64,000 bases of DNA, taken from Nemertoderma westbladi (Eukaryota; Animalia; Xenacoelomorpha). Positions within the stretch are counted from its first letter, which is position 1, and each line of letters starts with the position of its first letter. The stretch spans positions 13,829-77,828 of the forward strand of contig JAUCBJ010007209.1 of NCBI GenBank assembly GCA_032718475.1, read 5' to 3'. The notes below the pieces were generated by a model. The model saw only the letters and a program-made list of their open reading frames with translations, was not told the DNA's origin and searched no databases. Positions 27,067-39,300 of the stretch are shown piece after piece. The translations under genes and the position numbers were made by a program.

Positions 27067-27875
27067 GGTTGGGGAATTCGATTACAGTCGGTAGTTATAT
27101 CGGCATTCATATACTATACGGAATTCTAGAACAGACAGAATCCAACGTTGTTGGTCTATTTATAATCTATAATATAATAATGGTCTATCTTTCTCGAAAC
27201 GCCTCTTAAAGGAAACTTGCCTTGAAGATGCGGGACCAGAGTATTTTAGTTTCGACATGAAGTTCAAACCTAATATTCATCCTTCAATGGTAACTAAAGA
27301 GAATACCAGTTTCCTCTGGTTATTACAGTTCTGGGGGGACAGCACTCGACTTAAGTGGTCAGAATTTTAGGTTCCAATCGCTGGCCAAATGGCTGAATAA
27401 AAGCAGTATATACTGTAGCTTATTGGCTTATACTTTTATTAAGCCGGCACAGCATTCTACAGTACCATTTTAATTATCCATTCCCCTGGATACAGATGTA
27501 CCAACCTTTATCCATGTCTTCCCCATTGCACACAATGTCGACCTGTACCTACTTGGAAAGCCAAACTACCTTTAAAACCAGACATTATGGCACTTGGATA
27601 TACCCGGAGTTAACGGTTTCATGCAACTCCCACCTTCAATTGACTTTGAACATACCGCGATTTGACCTCCCTTTGGGTTGATTGACAGAAGTACAACTCT
27701 GGTTTACAACAGCTGTGGTTTGGCGTGCCGTTTTCACATAAGCTCCATTCTAAGCAGCAGTCAAACTCTGTTCTATAAATGGCGCCGAAATACATATCAC
27801 CAGCAACAGCCAGGAATACAATGGGAGTTATATGCAGTCAATAGCAAACACTGGCCAGTGCCCATATTTTGGCGT

Positions 27876-29044
27876 GGGTATACAGACGTTTCGGCCTAGG
27901 ACGTTTCGGTCCAGGACGTTTCCGCCCGGACATTTCGGCCCGGACGATTCGGTCCGGACGTTTCGGCCCATGACGGTAACTGAATGAAAAGGCTGACTTG
28001 TTTGATATGATAATAATTATTCATTAAAATTATAATTATTTCACAATAACATACAAACACTTAATAAAATATCTTTCATGAAATGGCTATTTAATTTACC
28101 TTTATTTCAAAATAAAATAAACATTAGGGAAGTGGTGCTCTGGTTCCATAGACAATTCGCCATCAATTATGTTATGCGGCCGAAAAAATGCAAGTCAGAA
28201 CAAATCTATTGGTCTCGAGTACCACATTGCTAATATACTACTAAAGCGAATCAATTTCACGAACCATTTAGGGCTTAAATCTCGTCTGATCGATATATTT
28301 TGGAGATACTTCACATTAATTTTAAACATTACTCAATTGATAATTCTTCTAGCTGGACAGTGTATTGCAGCTATGTCTTAATGATCTGCTGAAACAATAA
28401 CTATCATCTTCGATGATAGATGATTTATACCCGTCGATTTATACGCATACATTTCATCTAAATTTAAATTTAATACGCATATATTTTATCTCATTCCATA
28501 TGACATCCAGTCTGTCTCTTAATTATTAGCAATGCCCCTTTAATGGAATATTTCATATCTATTATATTTTTAAGACCAACATTAAAATACAGTAATTTTA
28601 ATTCGGTGTATTTTAATGTACTTCAATTATTGACTCACATTTTAAAATACGTATGTTTTTTTATGGGGGAAACCCCATAATCATAACACTAAAGTTAATT
28701 TGTCAGCATATGTTATCTTTGTTTTAAGTTACAGTATGGTGTAAATTTATATTAATAAATAATAATAATAATATTACGTTAGTTATTATTTATAAATATA
28801 ATGTAGAACTTCGATCTTGACGACTTTCAAACTGGTGTCGGAGCAGTTCCTACTGACAACTCCTCTCTTGTAACGAACGTAACAACTACAAAACAAATAT
28901 ATTGAATAACTTATTATTAATAGCTTATTTAAGGGAGTAAATTGAATCTTTGGGCCAAAACGTCCGACAAGCAAATCTTGTATTTCATTCATTGGGCCGA
29001 AACGTCCTAGGCCAAAACGTCTTAGACCGAAACGTCTGTTACCC
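27876..29044. mobile_element. Non-autonomous DNA transposon, GGGTA termini, 8-bp TSD, subterminal GGACGTTTCGGCC repeats
   Basis: TSD TTTGGCGT at 27868-27875 and 29045-29052; ACAGACGTTTCGG / CCGAAACGTCTGT inverted ends. Confidence 0.88.
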
Positions 29045-30182
29045 TTTGGCGTGGCCGTATTTTCATGTGGTCGCTAAACTTGATTAAGTTTTCTTTAAGT
29101 AGGGATGCCATATAGGCCTACAATAACTTAAATAAATATAATAAATACAGTATAGAAGTGAGAAAAAGTATATTATTTCCTAAACAAATTAATCATCAGT
29201 AATATAACGGCAATAGAAACAAGATCGCTATTATTTATATATTACAAATCGTGATGAAATTTATTGTATGCAAAAAGAATAGTATTTCTGTGGTTTTTAA
29301 TTAATTTTTAATTTTATTTATTTATTTTATTAGCTTTTAATGTCACCGTTTTATAGTTTAATTTTAAAGTGTGAACTAATAATGTAATTTTAATCGAGTT
29401 CAGGATATTAAATGAGGATAAATACACTCTTGTTTACTAATAACTTATGTTAATAACCAGTACGTAGCTATAATATTATTAATAACCAGTAGCTATAGCT
29501 ACAGTATACTATTAACATGGCTCCAATTGCTACCATAAATAGAAGCTAACTTTTTTATAACAAAATTTATGTCACATTTTTACATTTAATTATAAGGCAA
29601 CTAATTTAATTTGTGCAGTTTCTATCACTTATAATACTGTATATATACAATCATTTCGTAATGTTACAATTTTGGAATAAAACTACATACATAGTTGTTG
29701 CAAAGTACTTTACAGTGTTCTGATCCTCGTGGCTTTATTTTACTCACTCACTACGTTCGTTTGTGTAACTACATGTAGCTACTGTACTTTACACACAAGT
29801 ATGTAAATAGATACTACTGTACTTAGTATTTAACTCTGTATTTACTCCATTTACCCCAGTATTTATTATTAGGCGATGACCTTCGTATATTTTGCAGTTG
29901 CAGACGTTCACTGCTTCATGTATTTGTCATATTTTTCGTATGTACAGTACAGTATATGCCATTTTGGAAGGCCTAAAATATAAGAGCTCTTGGGTTCACA
30001 CTTTTTACCTATCTACCTTGCTTCCCTGCTTCTTACCTGTACAGCTTTCCACCTTGTGACAGAATAGTGGGACCAGATAATATAAGAGACTGCGTCCCCC
30101 ATCCACCGTCTTCGTGTAACCCTTACCCCTACCACCACCATACCATACCATGTACCCATGTACAGTACTGTCAGCATATTAT

Positions 30183-30432
30183 CAATTGGAGTGTCGTTTC
30201 AGCCTATTTTAACATATTAACTTAATTTCGCGAATGTTTAATTTCGATATTCACCATTTAAGGTATCTTTTAAAAGAAAGTAGCAAGTTATAATGACATA
30301 AGCTTTTCTAACCAAAACAATAAAATAAATTTAGGAAGACAGATTGCAGTGAAATTTTTATTTCTAGGCATTAATTTTTCAATATTAAACTAATACTAAT
30401 CGTATGAAAAGGCTGAAATGACACCCCAATTG
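30183..30432. mobile_element. 250-bp MITE
   Basis: TIRs CAATTGGAGTGTCGTTTCAGCCT / AGGCTGAAATGACACCCCAATTG. Confidence 0.7.
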
Positions 30433-31140
30433 TGCCTACGGTCAGGGTCACCCCAGGAGTCAGATGGCACATGGCAGGACGGTACCTACCTACCTACCTA
30501 CAGACCTACCTACCTACCTACAGACCTACCTACCTTCTACAGTAGCTAGTGCTGTAGTGCTGTAGCGAACCACTCCACTAGCACTAACTGATTTGAAGTT
30601 GAAGTTTTTTATTACTCCAAAACACTATAGAAACAATAATAGCTGAATGGAGACGCAAATAGAAACAAATTATATCTTCTTAAACTAAACAAACAAGACT
30701 CGACTATGTCAGTATGTAGGAGGTCACAAGTATAATATATTCACTAAGTATACAATTATTACAATTCACCAATAAAATGAAATAATGAAATTATGAATGG
30801 GAGGATATGATGACACCAAATATTTTAGAATCGATTTCGAACGCAAACACGTACAGTACATTAAAATACGAGCACAAATGCATTACAAGTAAAGGTAGGA
30901 CATACTGTAAAAGATTACATTCTATAAAACTTTTGATATGTTCAATAAAACATGGCAGTGGTTGACTACATTAAAACTTACTGCGGGGACTGCAGTACTC
31001 TGGTACTAACTGATTAACTGACGTACAAGTTTGCCACTCAGTCCACCCAACCCACAGTCCAGTAGGCCTAGCAGCGTAGGCAGCTGGGCCTATTGCAGTA
31101 TTGGCTGGCATTGGTTTATTCTTATTGACGCACTGTAATA

Positions 31141-32180
31141 GGGTAAATCTTTTCGACCTACGCGTAGTTCGCAACATGTGGTCATATATCACCAGTTTCA
31201 GAGTTTTAACATTAACTACGCGTAGGTGCCACCCATAACTATGCCTATACGTCGCGTTTATCATTAGTAGGCCTACATATTCCAAGCGAGTCAGTACTAA
31301 AATAAGACAATACGGTATGTTCAATAAACAACCCACAACCATAAAATGCTTTCAACAGTAATGTATCCTATACCTGTATAATACTCTATATAGAGGAATA
31401 CGCTAAGACTACATATTCTTCACTTCATGCGTTACGGGTGCTAAAAATGTGTTACCGGTAATAATGTTTAGAGTTCAAAATTAGTTTACAAAGGAAATAG
31501 GCCGATGGTTCTTATCGATTCTCGATGCTTTTTATTGCCTTTGTTCACGATAGGGCAAGGATATATTTAATATGTTAACCCCTTGACAAGGGAAGGGGGA
31601 GACTAAATTGTCTACCATGGTTTGTTGCACTTATTATTTGACCAAACAATTGAAATATATGCAGTATTTATCAGCTTTGGCTTAACCAATTCACCGGTAG
31701 ACTGGTAGATTACTACTGTAGAATATTTAAATAATCCAATGGAAAAAAAGATACTTGAATCATGAGACGTGAATTTTAAGTCTACTTTTTATTCATCCTG
31801 TGTTTGTATGTGAAAGAGCCGAATATTATTTATTTACCAGTGCTGTATGTAGAGATATGAGTTTCTGATTCTGTTATTCCATTTGTATGATAATCAGATA
31901 CCTGACATATATACCGATACTTGCCTAACAACTCAACCCTACCGGACCTGAAATGAAAAAGTATTGTTATCAGGACTGCTACGCGTAGCACCTACGCGTA
32001 GTTTCAAAATACCTACGCGTAGTTCCAAAATAACTGCGCGTAGTTTTAAAACACCTACGCGTAGTTGTTAAAAAGGCGGTACTGCGGTAAGTCTGGCCCT
32101 ACCGGTAAATGACAGGAATGGAAGTTACAAACTACTCGTAGCTACGCGTAGGCCTACGCGTAGGTCGAAAAGATTTACCC
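31141..32180. mobile_element. Non-autonomous DNA transposon, 27-bp perfect TIR, 8-bp TSD
   Basis: TIR GGGTAAATCTTTTCGACCTACGCGTAG at both ends; TSD CTGTAATA at 31133-31140 and 32181-32188; repeated CTACGCGTAG palindromes. Confidence 0.92.
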
Positions 32181-32792
32181 CTGTAATACTGTAATATGTA
32201 ATAGACCTACCAGGCTGCCAGGTACCAGTCGCCAGTCTGCCAGTCCCAAAGCACAGAATCCTGCAGTCAGGCAGTCAGTCTGTCAGTACTCAGGCTCAGA
32301 CTCTGGACTCAGACTGTCAACCATCGTCAGACTCAGACCAATCCAGCAATCCAGTCAGCCAGTTCTTCAGTCTACCACTGCCCAGCTGCCACCTGCCAGT
32401 AGGCTGGTAGGTGTAGAAGTAGCAGTAGACTAGACTAGTCTGCTGCTGCTAGGCTGCTAGGCCTACTGGTGTACTGACTAATACAGTAGGTCTACCAGAA
32501 CCAGAGCACCAGTACCGGTACTAGTCAGCTACTGTCAGAATGTACTGTACGGGTACCAGCGTTAGCTGTTAGCGTGCAGCCGTACCGTCAGACCGTACTG
32601 CTGTACAGCTGTACTGCCGTAGCATGGTAGCCTACCTAACTGCCTAATAATAGGCAGACAGGCCTATTATCCAGTTATCACAGTGCTACAGTGGGTGCAG
32701 TGCACAGTACAGCAGTTGCAGTAGTCAGGTAGTATCAGGCAGTCAGGACGCAGCTGAGCTGCGCAGGATATTTAGGCTGTTAGGCCTAACTG

Positions 32793-33206
32793 CAGTCAGG
32801 AACACTGGTCACAATATGTCCAATTTACAGCCAGAATGTGTCCGCGGAAAACGCTCTCAGAGTGAAATTTCTCCATAGAAAACAATGCTAAATTTCATTT
32901 GAAATCCGGCAGTGAAATTTTAACATTGGCATTCTAAAAATTATGCCATTAGAATCGCCATAAAATTCTGTATAAATTAATTTGAGAATTAGAATCTCAT
33001 CTTTGGGATAACTATCATAATATTAAAAATAAAAATGTGCCCAGCTTCTGCTTTGAGTACTAGTGGAGTTACAGCCAAAATATGTCCGGAAATATAATCG
33101 CAGCCTGCGAAGGACAAATAGTGGCTGCACGGACACTTTCTGGCTGTGAATATGTGGACAATTTTTGGCTGAGCTTCAGCCAGAAAGTGACCAGTGTTCC
33201 TAACTG
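32793..33206. mobile_element. 414-bp MITE with 5-bp TSD just upstream of CCT7
   Basis: TIRs CAGTCAGGAACACTGGTCAC / GTGACCAGTGTTCCTAACTG; AACTG duplicated on both flanks. Confidence 0.8.
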
Positions 33207-33304
33207 AACTGCCTAATACAGTATCGCGTACCGGTAATAGGTGTTGACTGTTGACGAATAGCAATACTGCAAATATAACTGTATAACGACAGAACGATAC
33301 TAGG

Positions 33305-36300
33305 ATGATGAGGCCTCAAATAATTTTACTAAAGGAAGGAACTGATACCTCGCAGGGATTGCCACAACTTTTATCTAACATCGGAGCATGTCAGGTAATT
33401 TTATTTATAGTCAGAAAATTGCTGTAGGCCTGGGACCCTATTGTAGATTAAGTACCGGTACCGTACTTAAGTTTAAGTGAGGCCCGGCACCCGGTTCTGG
33501 TTCACTTCACAGATACACTCTGCGGTGACAGCCTGACAGCGCGGTAGTTTTACGTCGCATTTTGAACACACTTTGGCAGCGCTGACACCGAGTTTTCACA
33601 GCGCCGTAACCCAAAACCGGAACGCTGTGATTGAACATGACCAGCCATTGCTATTTAACAGCGCTCTCACCAACTGTCATTGCGAAGTCAGGAAGTGTAT
33701 CTGTGAACTGGGCCTAAGCCTTAGTTTTACATGATGTACTGGCAGATGTGTGTGAGTGTGTGGCAGCTCTAGCAGTCTAGTCCTTGTAGCCTACTGCAGT
33801 AGTGAAATCATTAGAAAATGTGCGCATGCGCTACTCCGCTATTCATTTATAAAAAGCGTGAAGCGCCACCAGAGACTTGTTAGGTTGGTGTGGGTGGTTT
33901 ATGTCACCCCACGGCCCAAATGTCCCACGAAGCACGGAGGTATTGCATTTGCATATAAAACGCATTTAAACGTTTATATTTAACGATAATTGCAGCTATC
34001 GACGTCAAGAAGGGTATACGGGCTTTTGAGTTAAGGACATTGTTAACGGCTGTAGGTTACGTACGGTCTCTCTAGAGGCTGAGAGGTAGTGCTAGTGCAG
34101 TCACACATCTGAGTCTAGGTCTTTATATTAAACGGGTTAATTTTCGAACTATTTAACACCTACTTACATTATCTTTAGGCCTAACCTTACAGCCTTAATA
34201 CAAGCAATATAAATATATAACTTATTTCATTAAGGTCGTTGCCGATTCTGTCCGCACTACTCTGGGACCCAGAGGGATGGATAAACTCATCGTCGACGCC
34301 CAAGGGAAAGCCACGATATCCAACGACGGAGCCACAATACTCAAACTATTGGAAGTTGTTCATCCCGCCGCTAAAACATTGGTTGAAATCTCACATTCTC
34401 AGGACGTTGAGGTGAGTAGTTTATTGTGTGGCTTTTTTATTATGAGAGAGATATTCACTAACTATTGTTGATTTATTTAATTTCTTTTCTAGTATCGCTA
34501 ATTAGTTAAATTATTCAAATAAAATTCGGCAACTTATTGTTTATCTATTTGTGTTTGTTAATTTCTTTATGTATTTAATTTTTTTTTTTCTGACTGCTTC
34601 TTGTGGCCAGTGAGGGATTTAGGGGGGGGGGGGGGGGGGGGGCATTGGGCCATGCCCCCCCCCCCCCCCCCCCCTTGAGGGTACGGAGAAATTTCATTAA
34701 ATATTGTAATATCTTTAAAATGCTTTGCCTTTCCAGCAAAGCAAAATATGTTAGTTACATTAGCAGCCCGACCAGATAGGATTCACATTGTCTCATCCCA
34801 GGCATATGGGTAGCCAAAGAAAGGTTAACTTAGCTAAATATAAGAAGACTCCATCTAAATGTTGTAGCCCTCAGCAAGGGGAGCCTAATTGACCACAGCA
34901 GGAGGGCGCCTCATTGTTACTGCTGTTCAGCATCGTGGGTACAGTGTACTGTAGGGAACAGCATTGATGTTTTGACTCCACCTGTGTTTAAATAGTCTGA
35001 CAGTGTTCAGTATTGCAATGCGCAAGATTGGTACGTAGCCCAATGTAATAATATAGTGATGTAAAGTAATCTTATTGAAGTGAACTGGGAGGCCACAGGC
35101 CAAGGCCATTATGTGGTCTGATTGGACAGAGCTTGTTAAGTCGCTGGTTATGTAATAACGGTTAATAGTCTTGTCAGATATCATACTGTCAATTGGATTA
35201 CTATTATTTTAATATTATAGGGATCCTACTATTATAACGTTGATAGAGTATATAATTTTTTATGTATTCAATGTATCTATTTAAATCTATTGTTTTAATA
35301 ATCAGGGCCGGATTTAGGCATATAGGCCGAGTAGGCCGCCGCCTAGGGCCTCCCACAACGACGGGGCATTGTTGATGCCATCAATGATGCCGACGACAGC
35401 AGGCAATCATCCCAGGGATGGAAATCGATCAACTTGCTTACTGGGCGGAAAAGCCAACCAACCACCAAGGTTAAGGCTGAATCACCAGCCGATCGCCTCA
35501 ATGGTTGGAAGGCCCACTTTGAAAAGCTCCTCAATAATGACACGGTATTGCCTGATAACTTTATAGAAGTAAAAGTGTCTGAGTCTGTACTCCCAGATAT
35601 TCCCATTGGCGATAGTCCTACTGGCTCCAGAAGTCGAGGAAATCCTGCCAAGTATCTAACTGATCTAGACTTTGCTGATGACTTAGGAGTACTCTCAGAA
35701 TCACTAGAGGGAGCCCAACGGCTCCTCAGCTCATTAGAACATGCTGCTTCTAGTGTTGGTCTTTTTATTAACTCCAAAAAAGACCAAAATTGTGACAGTT
35801 GACTTAGAAAGTCCTCAGCAAGTCTCTGACCGGATGAGCAAAAGCTCAAAGGATGGTATGCTTGAGCATGTGGACGACTTCTGTTACCTGGGATCATGGA
35901 TCCGGAAGTCAGGTGAGGACCTTCGAATACGTAAGAGAAAGGCATGGGCGGCCTTGAATAGGCTTTCCAGGATTTGGAAGTCACCGAGAATTAATCGGAA
36001 ACTTAAGGTCCGATTATTTAGAGCAGCAGTAGTTCCAGTACTTCTCTACGGGAGTCCATGCTGGGCTCTAATTGCTGAGGACACCAAATCTCTGGATGGC
36101 GCATTCACAAGAATGCTACGCCGGGTTCACTGTGTCAAGTACAATGCACACATCTCCAACCAGACACTACATAACATTGGAGGTGTCTCATTGGTTCCCC
36201 CAAGCTTGACACTAGAACAAAATCGCCTCCGCTTTGCAGGACATTGCTTTCGCCGTGAGGACCAGCCAGTGCACAATCTTGTACTTTGGCAGCCTCATGG

Positions 36301-39300
36301 AGTGAATAAGCATGGTGGACAGCCCATGACTTTCTTGAGACGCATCTTAAAGGACACTGGCCTTAAAGATGCGGATGATCTAGCAAATGTCATGGGTGAT
36401 AGGGAGTTGTGGCGGTGCAATTTTGTCGACAAGCCGGCACAGCATTCTTAGTAGTAGTACTACAACTACCTACTACTACTACTACTGCTACTCCTACCTT
36501 AATATGCTCTGGCTAAACCAATGGATAGGCCTATATTTCATTATTTAAACGAATTAAAAGGTACCTTTTTTTGGTAAAAACGAACCGCCCTTTTAAAATC
36601 CTGGCCACGGGCCTGTAAACTAGTGCTGTAAAAACAAATATCTAGATTCTAGATCTAGATTTCCCGACCCCGTATGCAAGCACTTACGAACTCAGCCGTA
36701 GCCACCTAAGGTTTATTGCATTGCAGTATCGGAGTATGCCATTATAACTTGTAGCTTCGAGCTAGTTGCTATTGGCTCGTCGCCAATAGCTACTTGCTGC
36801 GAAACCAGTAGCTACTGGCCGCGAAGCTACTGCTATTTACGCGAGGAAAATAGCCCTCAACCAATTCTGAGCCGTGGCTGCATATTTCCTTTTCATAACC
36901 TGTGTGCGATACAATAATTTAATCAATAATATTCAGTTTTTAATTATTACTAGCCATAGCTAACTATATATGTTAATTTATTAACTATTAATTTTAGTAA
37001 TAATACCAACATACATGTAACACCGAGGGTGCAAAGTAGAGAGAGATACGCCCTGCCTGACTAGACTAGTCCCTTTATAGCATTCAGGCCAAAACGAGAC
37101 TTTTTTTGAAAATGTTCTACAACTTCATCTATTTATTTTCTACAAATATTTTGTTCTAGAACATTTATACTGTGTTGTAGAACAGCGTGTGTGGGTTCTT
37201 CAGAATCTGGTTATATTTTGTTCTAGAACAAACGAGTGTGGGGTCTGAAACTGGTTGGTTAGGTGCTACATCTACAATAATTAAATATTAAAGAAAGCCG
37301 TTGAAAACTTTTCATATAATATGTGATTTGTGGAAATTAACTGAAAGATGCAAAACAAAGATATTAGTAGACGAGGAACCATTGCAGATAGCTGTGTGTT
37401 TCATGGAAACCTGGATGACAGTGTCTCAAATAGCCGGTAGCTACGAGCCGAGGCCAACAGCTACTAGCCTGCCGATAGTAGCTATTTTCGCGCACCAACC
37501 CTATTTTGTAAAAAAAATTCATTTTAAATTTTTTAATAACTGAAAATACCCATGTTCTTTGTAATTTTTAATTAAAAAATGGGGAAATATTATTAAATTA
37601 AGTAAAGCGCAGATGTCCTGAAGTAGGTTGTTCTCCTACCGTATAATGTCGCATTGATATAAATTGCAATACTTTTGACAATTAATATCAATGACCATCT
37701 TTACCTGGTGTTAACCGGTTACCGGATACCTTAATTACAAATTATTGGGGCATCGCTCAGGATGAAGTAACCAAGCCCACTTTACGAGTACGGGTTCCTC
37801 TATATCAACGTTTGCCTAGTAGCCATCTAGCAGAAGACTGGAGAACTGCCCACTGAAAATCCTCCCTCATAAATTATGTTATAGGCATTTAACGTACTCA
37901 GATAGGGGGGGGAAACTGGACGCAATAAAAATTCATCCCTCTCCAGGGGAAATTCGACGCAAATAACAGCTGATTACTCTCAAAAATAAAACTGTAACCT
38001 GTTCTATTGTATTTAGTTTATTGTTTTGGTTAAAATAACGTGCCACTGTAACCTGCTCCTTTCCCTAAATTGAGAATTTAACATTGAGGGGGAATTTTAA
38101 TTCGCCAAGGCGGGTTTTGCGTCTAGTTCCCCCCCCCCCCCCCCCCCCCCCCCTGTCTCGACGTACTATATGTGTACCAGTGTAGTGTAATTTCATAAAA
38201 ATTTGCTGGGACTTGGACTAAATATTATTTCCCGAGTAGTTGTTGAAGCCAATTTTATTGACCAAATTTATAAATCCGTGACTTTTTTCTAGCAACATTT
38301 CATACTACTCAAACAGCCATCACCCAGAGGAAATATTACAGAATGACAATATGATAGTGATATCCAGGAGTTTTGACTGTCTCTTTCCCTTAATTTAAAA
38401 TGTTGCCTAGACGATTTTAATTATAACATAATTTATTATGTAAATATTGTATTTATTATTATGTATTTATTTAAATAACATACTTCGCCGAGATTTGATA
38501 GTCCCCCCCCCCCCCCCTGCATCGGCTTGCATTCAGCGGTATAACTGCAGAGTGGAGCTCGGTTTTGACATTTACCGTATATGGGGGCGCAATCAAAACT
38601 TAAATTATCGATATTTTACGAAGATGTTATTTGGCGTGGCATTAGTGACATTTATATCATACCGGTACATTAATTATACTCTAAACACACATGCGAATCG
38701 CTGATTAACTTACACGTGCTATCTACTGGTAATATACAATTAAATAGTTTGTCATTTATAGTATCAACCGTCACCTCGTATGATAATATAATGTTTTATT
38801 TAATTAGTCTGTGAATGGCAAACTAGTTGGATAACCGTTACTCTTGGCCGTACTTAGTGTATCCGTTTATATTAATGCCCTCCTGTTCAGCCATCAACTC
38901 ATCATCTTGTCGGATGGTTTGCCTGAACTTGTCCCCCAGACTCCCGTTGGCTCTGACTAAAGCGACGATTCCAAATATAATTATTACTAGCAGAGGTGGG
39001 GCTAAGGCCACGAGGCTTACAATGGGGTAATAGCTAGCCATCCATGGGTAAAATAACGACATCAGCGGTATTAGTATTAGGGATGGTATGAGATAGGTCA
39101 TCCGAAGGATGTCTGCGTTAGGGTATCGCTCTCCCATTTTACTTACAATCACAGCGATAACAAAGAGGAATAGTGGGACAACCGTCATTGGGAAGAGTGC
39201 TGAATTTAAGGAGTGGTATATTGGGGTTCCGATGTAGCATAAAAACAATTGGCAGGTTGCCGCGATTATCACAGTAACTAGAACGGTAGCCTTTATGTGT

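Noticed and set aside
35056-35125. Box C/D snoRNA in CCT7 intron 2
   Set aside because: C box is imperfect (GTGATGT), there is no close terminal stem, and no recognisable rRNA guide.
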